A DNA stretch of 64,000 bases from a virus, in IMG/VR virus record IMGVR_UViG_3300017613_000484; one strand, written 5' to 3'. Both the position numbers and the translations under genes were made by a program. A model generated the notes under the pieces. That model was not told the DNA's origin, did no database searches, and was given only the letters and a program-made list of their open reading frames with translations. Positions 43,359-52,290 of the stretch are shown here, one piece after another. Every line of letters begins with the position of its first letter. The stretch's first letter is position 1.

Positions 43359-43379
43359 GTTGGGTGCGTTGAATGAAAA

Positions 43380-43649
43380 TCAGACTCTAATGATTTCCTG
43401 ACAGTTCACTTTGCTTTCAACTTCATCAAGGTTGGCAAGCATTGCACCTTTCGGAAATTTGATTGCTTTGATTTGTTCGGAGAGGAAAGCAAGATAGATG
43501 GTTTGCTTTGAAACTCCTGTGAGGAATCCAATCGTTTCGAATGACAACCAAGTCCCTTCAGGAATGTCTTCTCTCTTCTTGCAAAGGAGAGGCTTGACCT
43601 CTCTCTTCTTCTCTTTATAGTCTACATTGTGAAGGCCAGGGAACAACAT
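43380..43649 (-). CDS. Excisionase/MerR-type helix-turn-helix regulator (monocistronic)
   Basis: LSFETIGFLTGVSKQTIYLAFLSEQIKAIKFPKG. It has its own promoter and terminator. Confidence 0.65.
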   Translation of the reverse strand: MLFPGLHNVDYKEKKREVKPLLCKKREDIPEGTWLSFETIGFLTGVSKQTIYLAFLSEQIKAIKFPKGAMLANLDEVESKVNCQEIIRV

Positions 43650-43674
43650 ATTTTTCCTCCATGTTTATTTTTTC

Positions 43675-43703
43675 TTGACCTGGAAAAAGTATGCCGTTAT
43701 TAT
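43675..43703 (+). promoter_or_regulatory. Sigma70-type promoter of the rightward (packaging/structural) arm
   Basis: TTGACC (43675-43680), 17-nt spacer, TATTAT (43698-43703). About 180 nt upstream of ATG 43888. Confidence 0.55.
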
Positions 43704-43727
43704 ACAGAAATCAAAATGCTAATTCAA
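43699..43727 (-). promoter_or_regulatory. Divergent sigma70-type promoter of the HTH gene, -10 overlapping the rightward -10
   Basis: Minus strand reads TTGAAT (43727-43722), 17-nt spacer, TATAAT (43704-43699). Confidence 0.4.
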
Positions 43728-43887
43728 TTTAATTTTATATGGAAAGTGATTATGGAAATTTGCCAATCCTTCTTTCAAGAAGAAACCATCTTCAACCAAC
43801 TCCTTCCGTTCTTCATTTCAAAAACCACTCCTGAACAACATTGCTTTTCTTCTGATCACATTCACAGATCAATGAGGTTTTCTATTC

Positions 43888-44439
43888 ATGGAAAATAAAA
43901 TCATCAAAAGCCAGAAGGTCAATTGGAAGGAACTGAAACTCTTCCAACCGGCAGAGATGAAAAGGATGAGCAAAGCACAATTGAAAAAGCTGAAGCTGTC
44001 TCTTTCAAGGAATGGATTCCGTTCTCCTTTCTATGTCTGGGAAGATGAGAACGGTGAACTCTATTGCCTGGATGGTCATCACCGAATCCCCACATTGTTT
44101 TTGCTTGAGAAGGATGGTGAACCCATCCCTGAAAAACTCCCTGCCAACTTTGTCAGGTGCAAAGACATTCAGGAAGCCAAGAAGACAGTTCTCATTTTCA
44201 ATTCCCATTATGCAAAAATTCAAAAGGAATCCCTCCTTGATTGGGTTGAGGATCTTGATTTTGATGAGATGATGGAAGAGATTGATTTGCCCAACATCAA
44301 CTTTGATCTGTCACCAACCAAAGAGGAAACAATTCAACCAAACTTTCAGATCATTATAGACTTTCAGAACCAGCAGGATCTTGAACAAGCCTATGGCAAA
44401 CTGATTGAAGAGAAATATCAATGCAGGATCATTGTCTGA
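43888..44439 (+). CDS. ParB-like nuclease-domain protein
   Basis: FRSPFYVWEDENGELYCLDGHHRIP is the ParB N-terminal motif. 183 aa. Confidence 0.7.
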   Translation: MENKIIKSQKVNWKELKLFQPAEMKRMSKAQLKKLKLSLSRNGFRSPFYVWEDENGELYCLDGHHRIPTLFLLEKDGEPIPEKLPANFVRCKDIQEAKKTVLIFNSHYAKIQKESLLDWVEDLDFDEMMEEIDLPNINFDLSPTKEETIQPNFQIIIDFQNQQDLEQAYGKLIEEKYQCRIIV

Positions 44440-44771
44440 ATGGGTGATGCCCTGCTTTGATTCCCTCTTGAACTTCTTTGTGGCTCTGTCATCTATCCTG
44501 AACAGATCAATCCATCAAGCATTCTGATCAAGCAACCAGATCAAACCAAGCACATCACCGTTTGATTCCTTGGTGAGGCTTTTCCTGACAGAAAGGTTCT
44601 CACCTGTGGAAAACACATTGAAAGGTTTGTTGGCTGTTTGCATGAAGGGGATCACAGAGAATTTCACAGGTGTCAGCAGAGGATCAGGCTCATGGATTGT
44701 GAGGAGATTTTATTTCAGACATAACCAGATGAGCCAGATTCCGGCACCATATAAAAAAGGGCTGGTGAAGG

Positions 44772-45188
44772 ATGTCATCAAAAGGATTCAAGAAGATTCC
44801 AATTCAAGCTGTGCTGGTTGCCATAGATGGAACAATGGGAAGGCTGACCAACATTGCAACAAGGCTTGATTGTTCCGTTTGGCTGGTCAAAGAATACATC
44901 AACAAGGTTCCTGAAATCAGAGAGGCATATGAATTTGAATGCACAAGGGTTGGTGATTATGTAGAAGGCGCATTGATGGGCTTGATCAAGAAGGGCAACT
45001 GTGCGGCCACAATCTTCTATTGCAAAACCAAACTCAGGGAACGTGGCTATATTGAGAAGCATCAAGAGAAACCCACTGATGAAGATCAAGCAAGGAAGGC
45101 GGCTGAACTGCGGCGTTGGTATCGGGCCATTGAAGATTCCGTTCCCAAGCCGCCTGAAGAAGAGAATGGAAATGGGGAGGGAAGTTGA
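44772..45188 (+). CDS. Terminase small subunit (candidate)
   Basis: 138 aa with an N-terminal HTH-like region. ATGA-type overlap with the large terminase gene. Confidence 0.6.
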   Translation: MSSKGFKKIPIQAVLVAIDGTMGRLTNIATRLDCSVWLVKEYINKVPEIREAYEFECTRVGDYVEGALMGLIKKGNCAATIFYCKTKLRERGYIEKHQEKPTDEDQARKAAELRRWYRAIEDSVPKPPEEENGNGEGS

Positions 45189-46522
45189 GGATGCCCAAGT
45201 CAGACAGGGAGAGGAGATTCACCCTTCCCAAGTTGCGCCCACACAAGATTCAATATCGGTTGTTCACTGAAGACTTCCGCTTCAAGGTGACTCCTGCCGG
45301 AAGGCGGTCAGGCAAGACAGAGATTTCCAAGAGGAAGATCCTGAAGGAAGCCATCCGTGGGACAAGGCACAGTGTCAGCCGCTTCTTCTGTGCGGCTCCC
45401 ACAAGGGATCAGGCCAAGAGAATCTTTTGGGCGGATCTGAAAAGGAAACTGAGGAAGCCGTTTGTCAAAGATGTCTCTGATGGGAATCTGGTGATCACCC
45501 TGGACAACAACAATGAGATTCATGTCCTGGGGATGGACAAGCCTGAACGGATCGAAGGTCTTCCTTGGGATGGAGGTGTGTTGGACGAATACGGAAATAT
45601 GAAACAGGATGTGTGGCCGGAGCATGTCAGGCCAGCCCTGTCAGATCGAATGGGTTGGTGTTGGATGATTGGAGTTCCTGAAGGGCGCAATCATTATTAT
45701 GATCTATTCAGAGAAGCGGGAAAGAATGAACTGAGGGATTGGTCAACGTACACTTGGCCCTCTGCTGACATCCTGCCGCCTGAAGAGATTGAAGCCGCCC
45801 AACGTGATCTTGATCCCTTGACCTTTGATCAGGAATACAATGCTTCCTTTGTTACATTTGAAGGGCGGTGTTATTACTGTTTCACTGATCGGAACAAGAG
45901 GCGGAGTGATTATGATCCTGAAGCTGATCTATATATTTGCTTGGACTTCAATGTCAGCCCTGGCGTTGCCGCAATCATTCAAGAAGAAGCGGTGATGTCA
46001 ATGGGTGTTCCGGTCATTGGAGAATCAAAGACTCAGGTGATTGATGAAGTCTACATCAAAAGGAACTCCAACACCATGAAAGTCTGCCAGGAAATCATTG
46101 AGAAGTATGGCAGACACCAAGGGGATGTTCTGGTCTATGGGGATGCAACCGGTGGGGCAAAGGGAACCAGCAAGATTGTTGGATCTGATTGGGATCTGGT
46201 TGAAGAAATCCTCAGACCTGTTTTCGGCAGGAGAATATCTTTCGATGTCCCAAGGGCAAACCCAAGGGAGAGGAGCAGAGTCAATGCCGTGAACAGCAGG
46301 CTTTGCAATGTGAAGGGACAGCGGCGGTTGTTCGTTGATCCGGTCAAGGCTCCCAATGTTGTGCAAGACTTTGAAGGTGTCAGGTCAATGCCTGATGGTT
46401 CCATTGACAAGAGGAAAGATCCAATGCTGACTCACATCTCTGATGGCATTGGATATTATATTGCAAGAGAGTTTCCGGTCATTGATGTTCAGGAAGGAAT
46501 GATCAAGGTTGTTGGCCTATAG
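45185..46522 (+). CDS. Terminase large subunit
   Basis: TPAGRRSGKTE (Walker A), GVLDEYGN (Walker B), and a C-terminal nuclease region with LDFNVSP, GDATG and HISDG. Confidence 0.85.
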   Translation: MRMPKSDRERRFTLPKLRPHKIQYRLFTEDFRFKVTPAGRRSGKTEISKRKILKEAIRGTRHSVSRFFCAAPTRDQAKRIFWADLKRKLRKPFVKDVSDGNLVITLDNNNEIHVLGMDKPERIEGLPWDGGVLDEYGNMKQDVWPEHVRPALSDRMGWCWMIGVPEGRNHYYDLFREAGKNELRDWSTYTWPSADILPPEEIEAAQRDLDPLTFDQEYNASFVTFEGRCYYCFTDRNKRRSDYDPEADLYICLDFNVSPGVAAIIQEEAVMSMGVPVIGESKTQVIDEVYIKRNSNTMKVCQEIIEKYGRHQGDVLVYGDATGGAKGTSKIVGSDWDLVEEILRPVFGRRISFDVPRANPRERSRVNAVNSRLCNVKGQRRLFVDPVKAPNVVQDFEGVRSMPDGSIDKRKDPMLTHISDGIGYYIAREFPVIDVQEGMIKVVGL

Positions 46523-46538
46523 ATAAAAGGAGAGAGTC

Positions 46539-46958
46539 ATGTTGGCAAAACTTTTGGAACTATTGACAACAAAGACCAGCAAGAGTGTTGGCATTGGGAT
46601 CATCTGTCTGGTTGCTGGCGTTGCTGTCTTCTACTATTCCAATCAATACTTTGTTTCCAGGTCAGCCCACAGCCAGGAGGTCAAGGCCATCAAGGTCAAC
46701 TGTTCAACCAACAAGAAGGAACTGAAGAAGGAAATCAAAGTGGGTGATGCCAGCCAGCAGATCAACACCTTGTATCTTCAGAAGGGCATGGCAGAGAAAC
46801 AGGTGTGGGATATTGATGCAAGGATTGAAGACCTTGAGAAGAACGGTGCTGGCCCAGAGCAGAAGGCCAAGTGGAAGAGAAGGCTTGAACGAACAGAGGA
46901 AGAAGTCAAAGAGATAGATGGAAAGATTGAGACAGAGAAAAAGAAACTCACCGAATGA
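46539..46958 (+). CDS. Membrane-anchored coiled-coil protein
   Basis: N-terminal TM helix (VGIGIICLVAGVAVFYY), then a charged helical region. Confidence 0.55.
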   Translation: MLAKLLELLTTKTSKSVGIGIICLVAGVAVFYYSNQYFVSRSAHSQEVKAIKVNCSTNKKELKKEIKVGDASQQINTLYLQKGMAEKQVWDIDARIEDLEKNGAGPEQKAKWKRRLERTEEEVKEIDGKIETEKKKLTE

Positions 46959-46971
46959 AAGGAGACAGATC

Positions 46972-47262
46972 ATGTTGAAGGAAATGTTTGGAGAGGGAGG
47001 TCAAGTCAGCATGATGAGGGCAATGATGTTTGCTGTGACTGCCAACATCATGGCGGTGTGGACTGCCATCTCAATTCAGGATGGTGCCTTTGCAGACATG
47101 CCGCCTGAGATGATTGCAATCATGGCAACCTTTGTGACAGGCAAGGTTGTTCAGAAGTTTCCTGAAGCCAAAGGCAACGGCAACATCATCATTGAGAGGG
47201 TTGAGAAGCCAACTCCAACTGGAACCGGACAGCCGCCCATTGTTCCGCTGTCTGATATGTAG
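46972..47262 (+). CDS. Small membrane protein
   Basis: 96 aa from ATG 46972 (AAAGGAGA RBS), with two hydrophobic helices. Confidence 0.55.
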   Translation: MLKEMFGEGGQVSMMRAMMFAVTANIMAVWTAISIQDGAFADMPPEMIAIMATFVTGKVVQKFPEAKGNGNIIIERVEKPTPTGTGQPPIVPLSDM

Positions 47263-47276
47263 AGAGGAGAAGCCCA

Positions 47277-47393
47277 ATGGCAAAGGCAGTCAAGGGAGTT
47301 CCCAAAAGGGATGGCTCCGGCAAGGGCAAGAGAATGAACAGAGGCAGAGGCGGTTGCAAGAAGACACAACCCAGAGGCAAAGGCAGGAAATGA
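47277..47393 (+). CDS. 38-aa highly basic Gly/Lys/Arg peptide (DUF5320-like by recollection)
   Basis: MAKAVKGVPKRDGSGKGKRMNRGRGGCKKTQPRGKGRK read by hand. GAGAGGAGAAG RBS. Confidence 0.45.
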   Translation: MAKAVKGVPKRDGSGKGKRMNRGRGGCKKTQPRGKGRK

Positions 47394-47394
47394 A

Positions 47395-47469
47395 ATGTGG
47401 ACAACCACACTTGTCTTGCTTGGCCTGATTGCTCTGGTTCTAATCTATCAAATCTATAAAGGGAACTGA
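47395..47469 (+). CDS. 24-aa hydrophobic peptide
   Basis: MWTTTLVLLGLIALVLIYQIYKGN. It fits exactly between the neighbouring genes. Confidence 0.3.
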   Translation: MWTTTLVLLGLIALVLIYQIYKGN

Positions 47470-47471
47470 CC

Positions 47472-48305
47472 ATGCTGGATCAAACAATCATCAAAGGCAG
47501 ATCAATCAATGACACTTGGTTCAAAGCAATGAAGGCAACAATGGAGTTGGGTGTTGATTACCGAATAGACAAGGGAGAATATGAAGGCCAGTTCAGAAGG
47601 GAACTTGACCTTGCGGTCATCACCCTTTCAGATCCAGGCCAAAGACCTCTTGCCTGCCAGATGCAAAACATCCTGCCAACCACTGATGCCAAGATCCACA
47701 AATATTTTCAGAATTATATTCTTGATCCTGACTTCACTGGTGATGGTGATCAAGCCTTCCTTGAATATTCACTCAATGAATATAAATATTCAACATGGAT
47801 TGGCCCAAGCTGGCAACATTGCTGTGACCTTCTGCTTCAAGGTGAAGGCGGGTGCAACCAAGCAACCATCTCAATCGGATCGGCAATGAAGCCTGATCAG
47901 AGCCGGAACTTTTATGATGTGACAAGGGTGACTGACCTGAACACCATGAACACAAGGAGAGGGCCGGTTGTCTTCACTGGTGAGGTGATGCAGTTTGAGA
48001 AGCCGCCCTGCTTGCGGTTGGTTGACATGCGGATCAGGGAGGGAACCCTTCACTTCATAATCTATTTCCGTTCATGGGATTTGGTTGGTGGATTCCCTGA
48101 GAACATTGGCGGTCTTCAACTGCTGAAAGAGTTCTGCCTTGAGTATATGAATCTGAAGGGAAGAGAATATGAAGATGGATCAATCATTGCAGTCAGCAAA
48201 GGCTTGCACATCTATGATCACTATTGGGACACCATCAACAACTATGTTGGGAATGAAGAGGTTGCCAAGGTTGAAATGAATGACTTCGGAATCTGGACAG
48301 TCTGA
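47472..48305 (+). CDS. Thymidylate-synthase-fold enzyme (ThyA / pyrimidine hydroxymethylase family, divergent)
   Basis: KPPCLRLVDMRIREGTLHFIIYFRSWDLVGGFPENIGG matches the catalytic-Cys strand and the RS(x)D...G.P.N core of the ThyA family. Confidence 0.75.
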   Translation: MLDQTIIKGRSINDTWFKAMKATMELGVDYRIDKGEYEGQFRRELDLAVITLSDPGQRPLACQMQNILPTTDAKIHKYFQNYILDPDFTGDGDQAFLEYSLNEYKYSTWIGPSWQHCCDLLLQGEGGCNQATISIGSAMKPDQSRNFYDVTRVTDLNTMNTRRGPVVFTGEVMQFEKPPCLRLVDMRIREGTLHFIIYFRSWDLVGGFPENIGGLQLLKEFCLEYMNLKGREYEDGSIIAVSKGLHIYDHYWDTINNYVGNEEVAKVEMNDFGIWTV

Positions 48306-48461
48306 CAATGGGAAGCCCAGGATCTTCATGCAGGGTCAATGGCGGTTTGGCTTCACCCTTTATATTTCTGAACGTCATTCTCTTGAACGGTTCATGAGTG
48401 GTGAGGTTGCGTTGCCTGCTGACATGAAGGTTCCTGATCAACCGGAATCATTAGATGCTTT

Positions 48462-48677
48462 ATGGGAAGAACAATCATGGAAGATCAAAACTGTGAGAAG
48501 TGCAAAAGACTTTTGAAGATCATTGAGAACTTGGTTGGTGGTGGGCCGATGGACAAAGTTGAATTGGAGAAGATGGAAATCCTTCTCAGGTCATCTGAAG
48601 CACCATTGAGAGACAGAACCCATGCCATTGATGCTGTGCATGTTTTGCTTGAGGAGCAAGGACAATATGAGCAATGA
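48462..48677 (+). CDS. Hypothetical small protein
   Basis: 71-aa ORF. The start may be ATG 48477. Confidence 0.4.
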   Translation: MGRTIMEDQNCEKCKRLLKIIENLVGGGPMDKVELEKMEILLRSSEAPLRDRTHAIDAVHVLLEEQGQYEQ

Positions 48678-49278
48678 GAGAGAGGGTGACAAGAAGGATC
48701 AAGGCAAGTTGAGGTTCAACCTTTTTCCTGTCAGGGCATTGAGAGAACTGGTGAAGAATTACACACAAGGAGCAGAGGTCAACGGTGATCGGAATTGGGA
48801 GAAGGGCTTTGAGTTCACCCGTTGCTTTGATGCCATTCAACGCCATGCCTGGGATTGGCTTGATGGTGAAGACTATGACATCACAGGGCCAAACCCTTCC
48901 GGCATTCACCACATGGCCTGTGTTGCTTTCTGGTCATTGGCTCTGGTTGAGTTCCACTTCACCCATCCTGAGTTGGATGACAGGGCAAAGGTGACAGTTG
49001 AAGATATGTTTGCCGGAATGGATCGGGTGATTGAACACCAGAAGACAATGGAGAAGCTGAACAGGCTGAAGAAGATTGTGCCTGATGTTGAAGATGACTA
49101 TCCAACTGTGGTTGATGAGCCTGAAGAAGATTGCTGTTCATTGAACCTGGAAGACTTTGAGGAAGAAACCAAAGATGTCCTTCCGATCAGTGAAGAGTGT
49201 TCCACCTGTTCACCCGTTGAAGTCATTGAGGAAGAATCCAATGTTGGAGTCAGAGAAAGTGAAACTGCTGATGCCTAG
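48667..49278 (+). CDS. dNTP pyrophosphohydrolase-like protein (DUF5664 / dATP-dGTP diphosphohydrolase N-domain-like) with acidic tail
   Basis: GKLRFNLFPVRALRELVKNYTQGAEVNGDRNWEKG...AIQRHAWDWLDGEDYD...HHMACVAFWSLALVEF, recalled from that family. Confidence 0.6.
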   Translation: MSNEREGDKKDQGKLRFNLFPVRALRELVKNYTQGAEVNGDRNWEKGFEFTRCFDAIQRHAWDWLDGEDYDITGPNPSGIHHMACVAFWSLALVEFHFTHPELDDRAKVTVEDMFAGMDRVIEHQKTMEKLNRLKKIVPDVEDDYPTVVDEPEEDCCSLNLEDFEEETKDVLPISEECSTCSPVEVIEEESNVGVRESETADA

Positions 49279-49323
49279 CAGAAAGAAATATTTCACATTT
49301 TATTTTGATAAGGAGTCAGGCAA

Positions 49324-51048
49324 ATGGCAACCGTAAAAAGCACGGACAGTTTGTTGGAAGGTGTTGACAGCACCCACACAGAATATTCCCTCTATGAAAA
49401 TGATTGGCAATTGATTTCTGACATCAAGGAAGGGGAGAGGCAAGTCAAGAGTCAAGGCACACTATACTTGCCGAAACTCCAAGGCCAGGATGACAAAGAA
49501 TATAAAGCCTATCTTCAGAGGGGTGTCTTCTACAACGCCACAGCCAGAACAGTCAGTGGCTTGACCGGTGCCATCATGCGGAAGCCTGCTGTCATTGAAG
49601 CACCGAACAAGATTGAAGGCTTCTTTGATTCCATCACTCCCGATGGTTACAACATACAGGAGACAATCAAGTCCACAGCGGAAAGCCTTCTGACCTATGG
49701 GCGGCATGGGATCTTGGTTGACTTCAATGATCTTCAAGAAGTCTATTACACTGAATACACAGCCCAAGAAATTCTCAACTGGCGAACAGAGTTGATTGAT
49801 GGCAAGAAGGTGTTGACCTTCCTGACACTCTCTGAGATTGATGAACGGCAAGATCCTGATGATGAGTTCAACACAAACTATTATGAACAGATTCGGGTTC
49901 TGAAGCTGGACTCTGAAACTGGATACTTGGTTGTGAATCTTTTTGAACGGCAAGTGGCTGACACCACAGCGGCAGACAACAACAAGAAAGTTTCTGAAGG
50001 CGGCTGGACTCAAGTGGCTGTGTCAGGAGAAAACAAAGATCATTATCCAACCAAGATGGGCGGAGAGAAGTTGGACTATATTCCTTTTGTTTTCTTCGGT
50101 GCGGTCAGGAACACCGCTGACATCAACAAGGCTCCTCTGCTTGATCTGTCATATGTGAACATTGGTCATTGGAAAGTGACCTGTGATTATTATCATGGCC
50201 TTCACTTCTGCGCCTTGCCCACTCCCTATGCTTTAGGGATTCGAAGCAAAGAGAACTTCAACATTGGCCCTTCCGTTGCCATTGTCAGTGAGAACGAACA
50301 GGCAAAGGTTGGGATGCTTGAGTTCACTGGTCAAGGGCTGTCTGCTGTTCGGGATGCCCTGAAGGATCTTGAAAGCAAGATGGCTGTCCTGGGTGCAAGG
50401 CTTTTGGAAGAACAGAAAAGGGCGGCAGAGGCGGCAGAGACATTGGTGATCCGATCTGCCGGAGACTCCGCCACACTCTCTTCCATCTCAGGCAATCTTG
50501 ACAGAGGTTTTGAAGAGGCCATCCTCTACACAATGTTGTGGTTCAATCTTCCTGAGACAGAGGCATCAAACATTTCTGTGAAGTGCAACAAAGATTTTGT
50601 TGCCGCCCAACTTGCTTCTTCTGAAATCACCGCCCTGCTGAAAGCCCTGCAAACAGGGAACATCTCTCAGAGAACTTTCCTCTACCAGATGAAGCAAGGT
50701 GAAATCCTTCCTGACAACTGGACAATTGATGATGAGATGGAAGAGATTGAGGTGGAAAGCTACACTCCTTTTCTCACCTCCCGAACAGGAGAGGAAGACC
50801 TTGATGATGATTCCACTGTGGAAGATGTTGTGATCATTAAGGACAAAGAGAAGGAAGAGGAAGAAGAGGATCTGACTCTGAAGAAGAAGGATGAAGATGA
50901 TGATGAAATAAAGCCTGATGATGATGAAGAGATGAAGAAGAAAAAGAAGGCACGGCAGGATCAGAAGGAAAAAGAAGAGAAGGAAAAGAAAACCAAGAAG
51001 CCCAAGAAAGATAGGGGCAAGGGAACTCCTCCGAAGGGAAGGAAATAA
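49324..51048 (+). CDS. Portal protein (candidate), with a long charged C-terminal tail
   Basis: 574 aa, positioned between terminase and head-morphogenesis genes. The N-terminal YLPKL...YKAYLQRGVFYNATARTVSGLTGAIMRKP is recalled from portal families. Confidence 0.7.
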   Translation: MATVKSTDSLLEGVDSTHTEYSLYENDWQLISDIKEGERQVKSQGTLYLPKLQGQDDKEYKAYLQRGVFYNATARTVSGLTGAIMRKPAVIEAPNKIEGFFDSITPDGYNIQETIKSTAESLLTYGRHGILVDFNDLQEVYYTEYTAQEILNWRTELIDGKKVLTFLTLSEIDERQDPDDEFNTNYYEQIRVLKLDSETGYLVVNLFERQVADTTAADNNKKVSEGGWTQVAVSGENKDHYPTKMGGEKLDYIPFVFFGAVRNTADINKAPLLDLSYVNIGHWKVTCDYYHGLHFCALPTPYALGIRSKENFNIGPSVAIVSENEQAKVGMLEFTGQGLSAVRDALKDLESKMAVLGARLLEEQKRAAEAAETLVIRSAGDSATLSSISGNLDRGFEEAILYTMLWFNLPETEASNISVKCNKDFVAAQLASSEITALLKALQTGNISQRTFLYQMKQGEILPDNWTIDDEMEEIEVESYTPFLTSRTGEEDLDDDSTVEDVVIIKDKEKEEEEEDLTLKKKDEDDDEIKPDDDEEMKKKKKARQDQKEKEEKEKKTKKPKKDRGKGTPPKGRK

Positions 51049-51063
51049 AAGGAGGAGAGTCAA

Positions 51064-52197
51064 ATGGCTAATGACAAAATAAAAGATGATCTGCTGACTG
51101 CCAGCATCCAGTTGGAAAAGTTTGCCGCAGGCATTGACAAGAAGGCGGAGACAGTTCTGAAGGGAACCCAGGATCACATCATCAATGAACTGGTGAAGAT
51201 GGACTTTGAAGATCCCAACTCTTCCGCCTTCAAGAAGAACAGATTGGGCGGTCTATATTCCCGCATTGACAAGATCCTGAACAAGGAATATGAAAAGATG
51301 GGTGAGGTTCTTGAAGCGGAGTTGAGTCAGATCCCTGGCCTTTCTCAAGACATGGTTGCCAACATCATGAATGATGCAATGGGTGTTGATGTCATGACCA
51401 TCGGCTTGAGTGAGGAGCAACTGAAATCCATTGTGAAGAATGGAACCGTTGATGGCGGTGTCCTGGGTGATTGGATGGCAACCCAGGCTGACAATCTTTC
51501 CAAGGCAATCAGGGCGCAGATTGCAGATGTTGTGGCGGAAGCCAGCATTGGGATTCTGGCAGGAGAAACAACCGCAGAGATGGTGAAGAGAATCAGAGGC
51601 ACCACAACCATTCCTGGCCTGATGAACAAATCCAAGAAGGATCTTTATTCATTTGTTAGAACCTACACAGCCCAGGTTGCCCATGATGCAAGAATGGCAA
51701 TGTATGAAAAGTATGACTACCTTTTGAACGGATATGAAATTGTGGCTGTGCTTGATCAAAGAACCACTCCGCTTTGCAGGGGATATGATGGTTTGCAATA
51801 TACGTTGAAATACAAACCCATTCCGCCCAACCGGAAGAAATATCCCAGAGCCGGTGGCCCACCATTCCACTTCAATTGCAGAACGGTGCTTGTTCCTATC
51901 ACAAAAACCTTTGAAGAACTATCGGAAGGAGGAAACCTGACAAAGCAACAACGGAAAGACTTTGACAAACTCACCAATGCGGAGAGGGCCGCATTAGGTG
52001 GGCCGATTGAGCAAACCAAGAATTATGATCAGTGGCTCCGCAAGCAATCGAAGGCAAGACAGATCCAAGTTCTTGGGCCAAAGAGATGGGAAATCTGGAA
52101 GAAGAGAGGCTTGACGATGGCGCAAATGTTGGATCAAAGAGGGAACACTTTGACCATTGAACAACTCAAGAGAAAGTATCCAAGAAAAGTGAAGTAG
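51064..52197 (+). CDS. Head morphogenesis protein (Mu gpF / SPP1 gp7 family)
   Basis: VLDQRTTPLCRGYDG...PPFHFNCR is the signature of that family. Confidence 0.8.
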   Translation: MANDKIKDDLLTASIQLEKFAAGIDKKAETVLKGTQDHIINELVKMDFEDPNSSAFKKNRLGGLYSRIDKILNKEYEKMGEVLEAELSQIPGLSQDMVANIMNDAMGVDVMTIGLSEEQLKSIVKNGTVDGGVLGDWMATQADNLSKAIRAQIADVVAEASIGILAGETTAEMVKRIRGTTTIPGLMNKSKKDLYSFVRTYTAQVAHDARMAMYEKYDYLLNGYEIVAVLDQRTTPLCRGYDGLQYTLKYKPIPPNRKKYPRAGGPPFHFNCRTVLVPITKTFEELSEGGNLTKQQRKDFDKLTNAERAALGGPIEQTKNYDQWLRKQSKARQIQVLGPKRWEIWKKRGLTMAQMLDQRGNTLTIEQLKRKYPRKVK

Positions 52198-52236
52198 CAG
52201 AATTTTGTCTTTATCTACATTTTATTTTTTTTTGTC

Positions 52237-52265
52237 TTTACACACATTTCAAATCTTGGTAAATT
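52237..52265 (+). promoter_or_regulatory. Candidate promoter upstream of scaffold/capsid genes
   Basis: TTTACA, 17-nt spacer ending in TGG (extended -10), then TAAATT. Confidence 0.4.
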
Positions 52266-52290
52266 AGGTTTCTAAAAAGGAGGTTTTAGA

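Noticed and set aside
13406-43649. Calling the phage temperate on the basis of three Xis/MerR-type HTH genes.
   Set aside because: No integrase, recombinase, CI-like repressor with peptidase domain, or att-like sequence is recognisable in the window. These HTH proteins are equally common as transcription regulators of lytic phages.
44440-44771. The 330-bp gap before the small terminase gene, including + ORF 44570-44869, as a coding region or a pac site.
   Set aside because: The ORF has no RBS, overlaps the terminase start and has implausible composition. An 8-bp inverted repeat (CACCTGTG / CACAGGTG) is present, but that is insufficient to call a pac site without terminus data.
48280-48516. 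78-aa plus-strand ORF between the ThyA-like gene and 48462-48677.
   Set aside because: It overlaps both neighbours and has only a weak RBS for an internal ATG (48328). It is left uncalled, but could be real and needs comparative or proteomic support.
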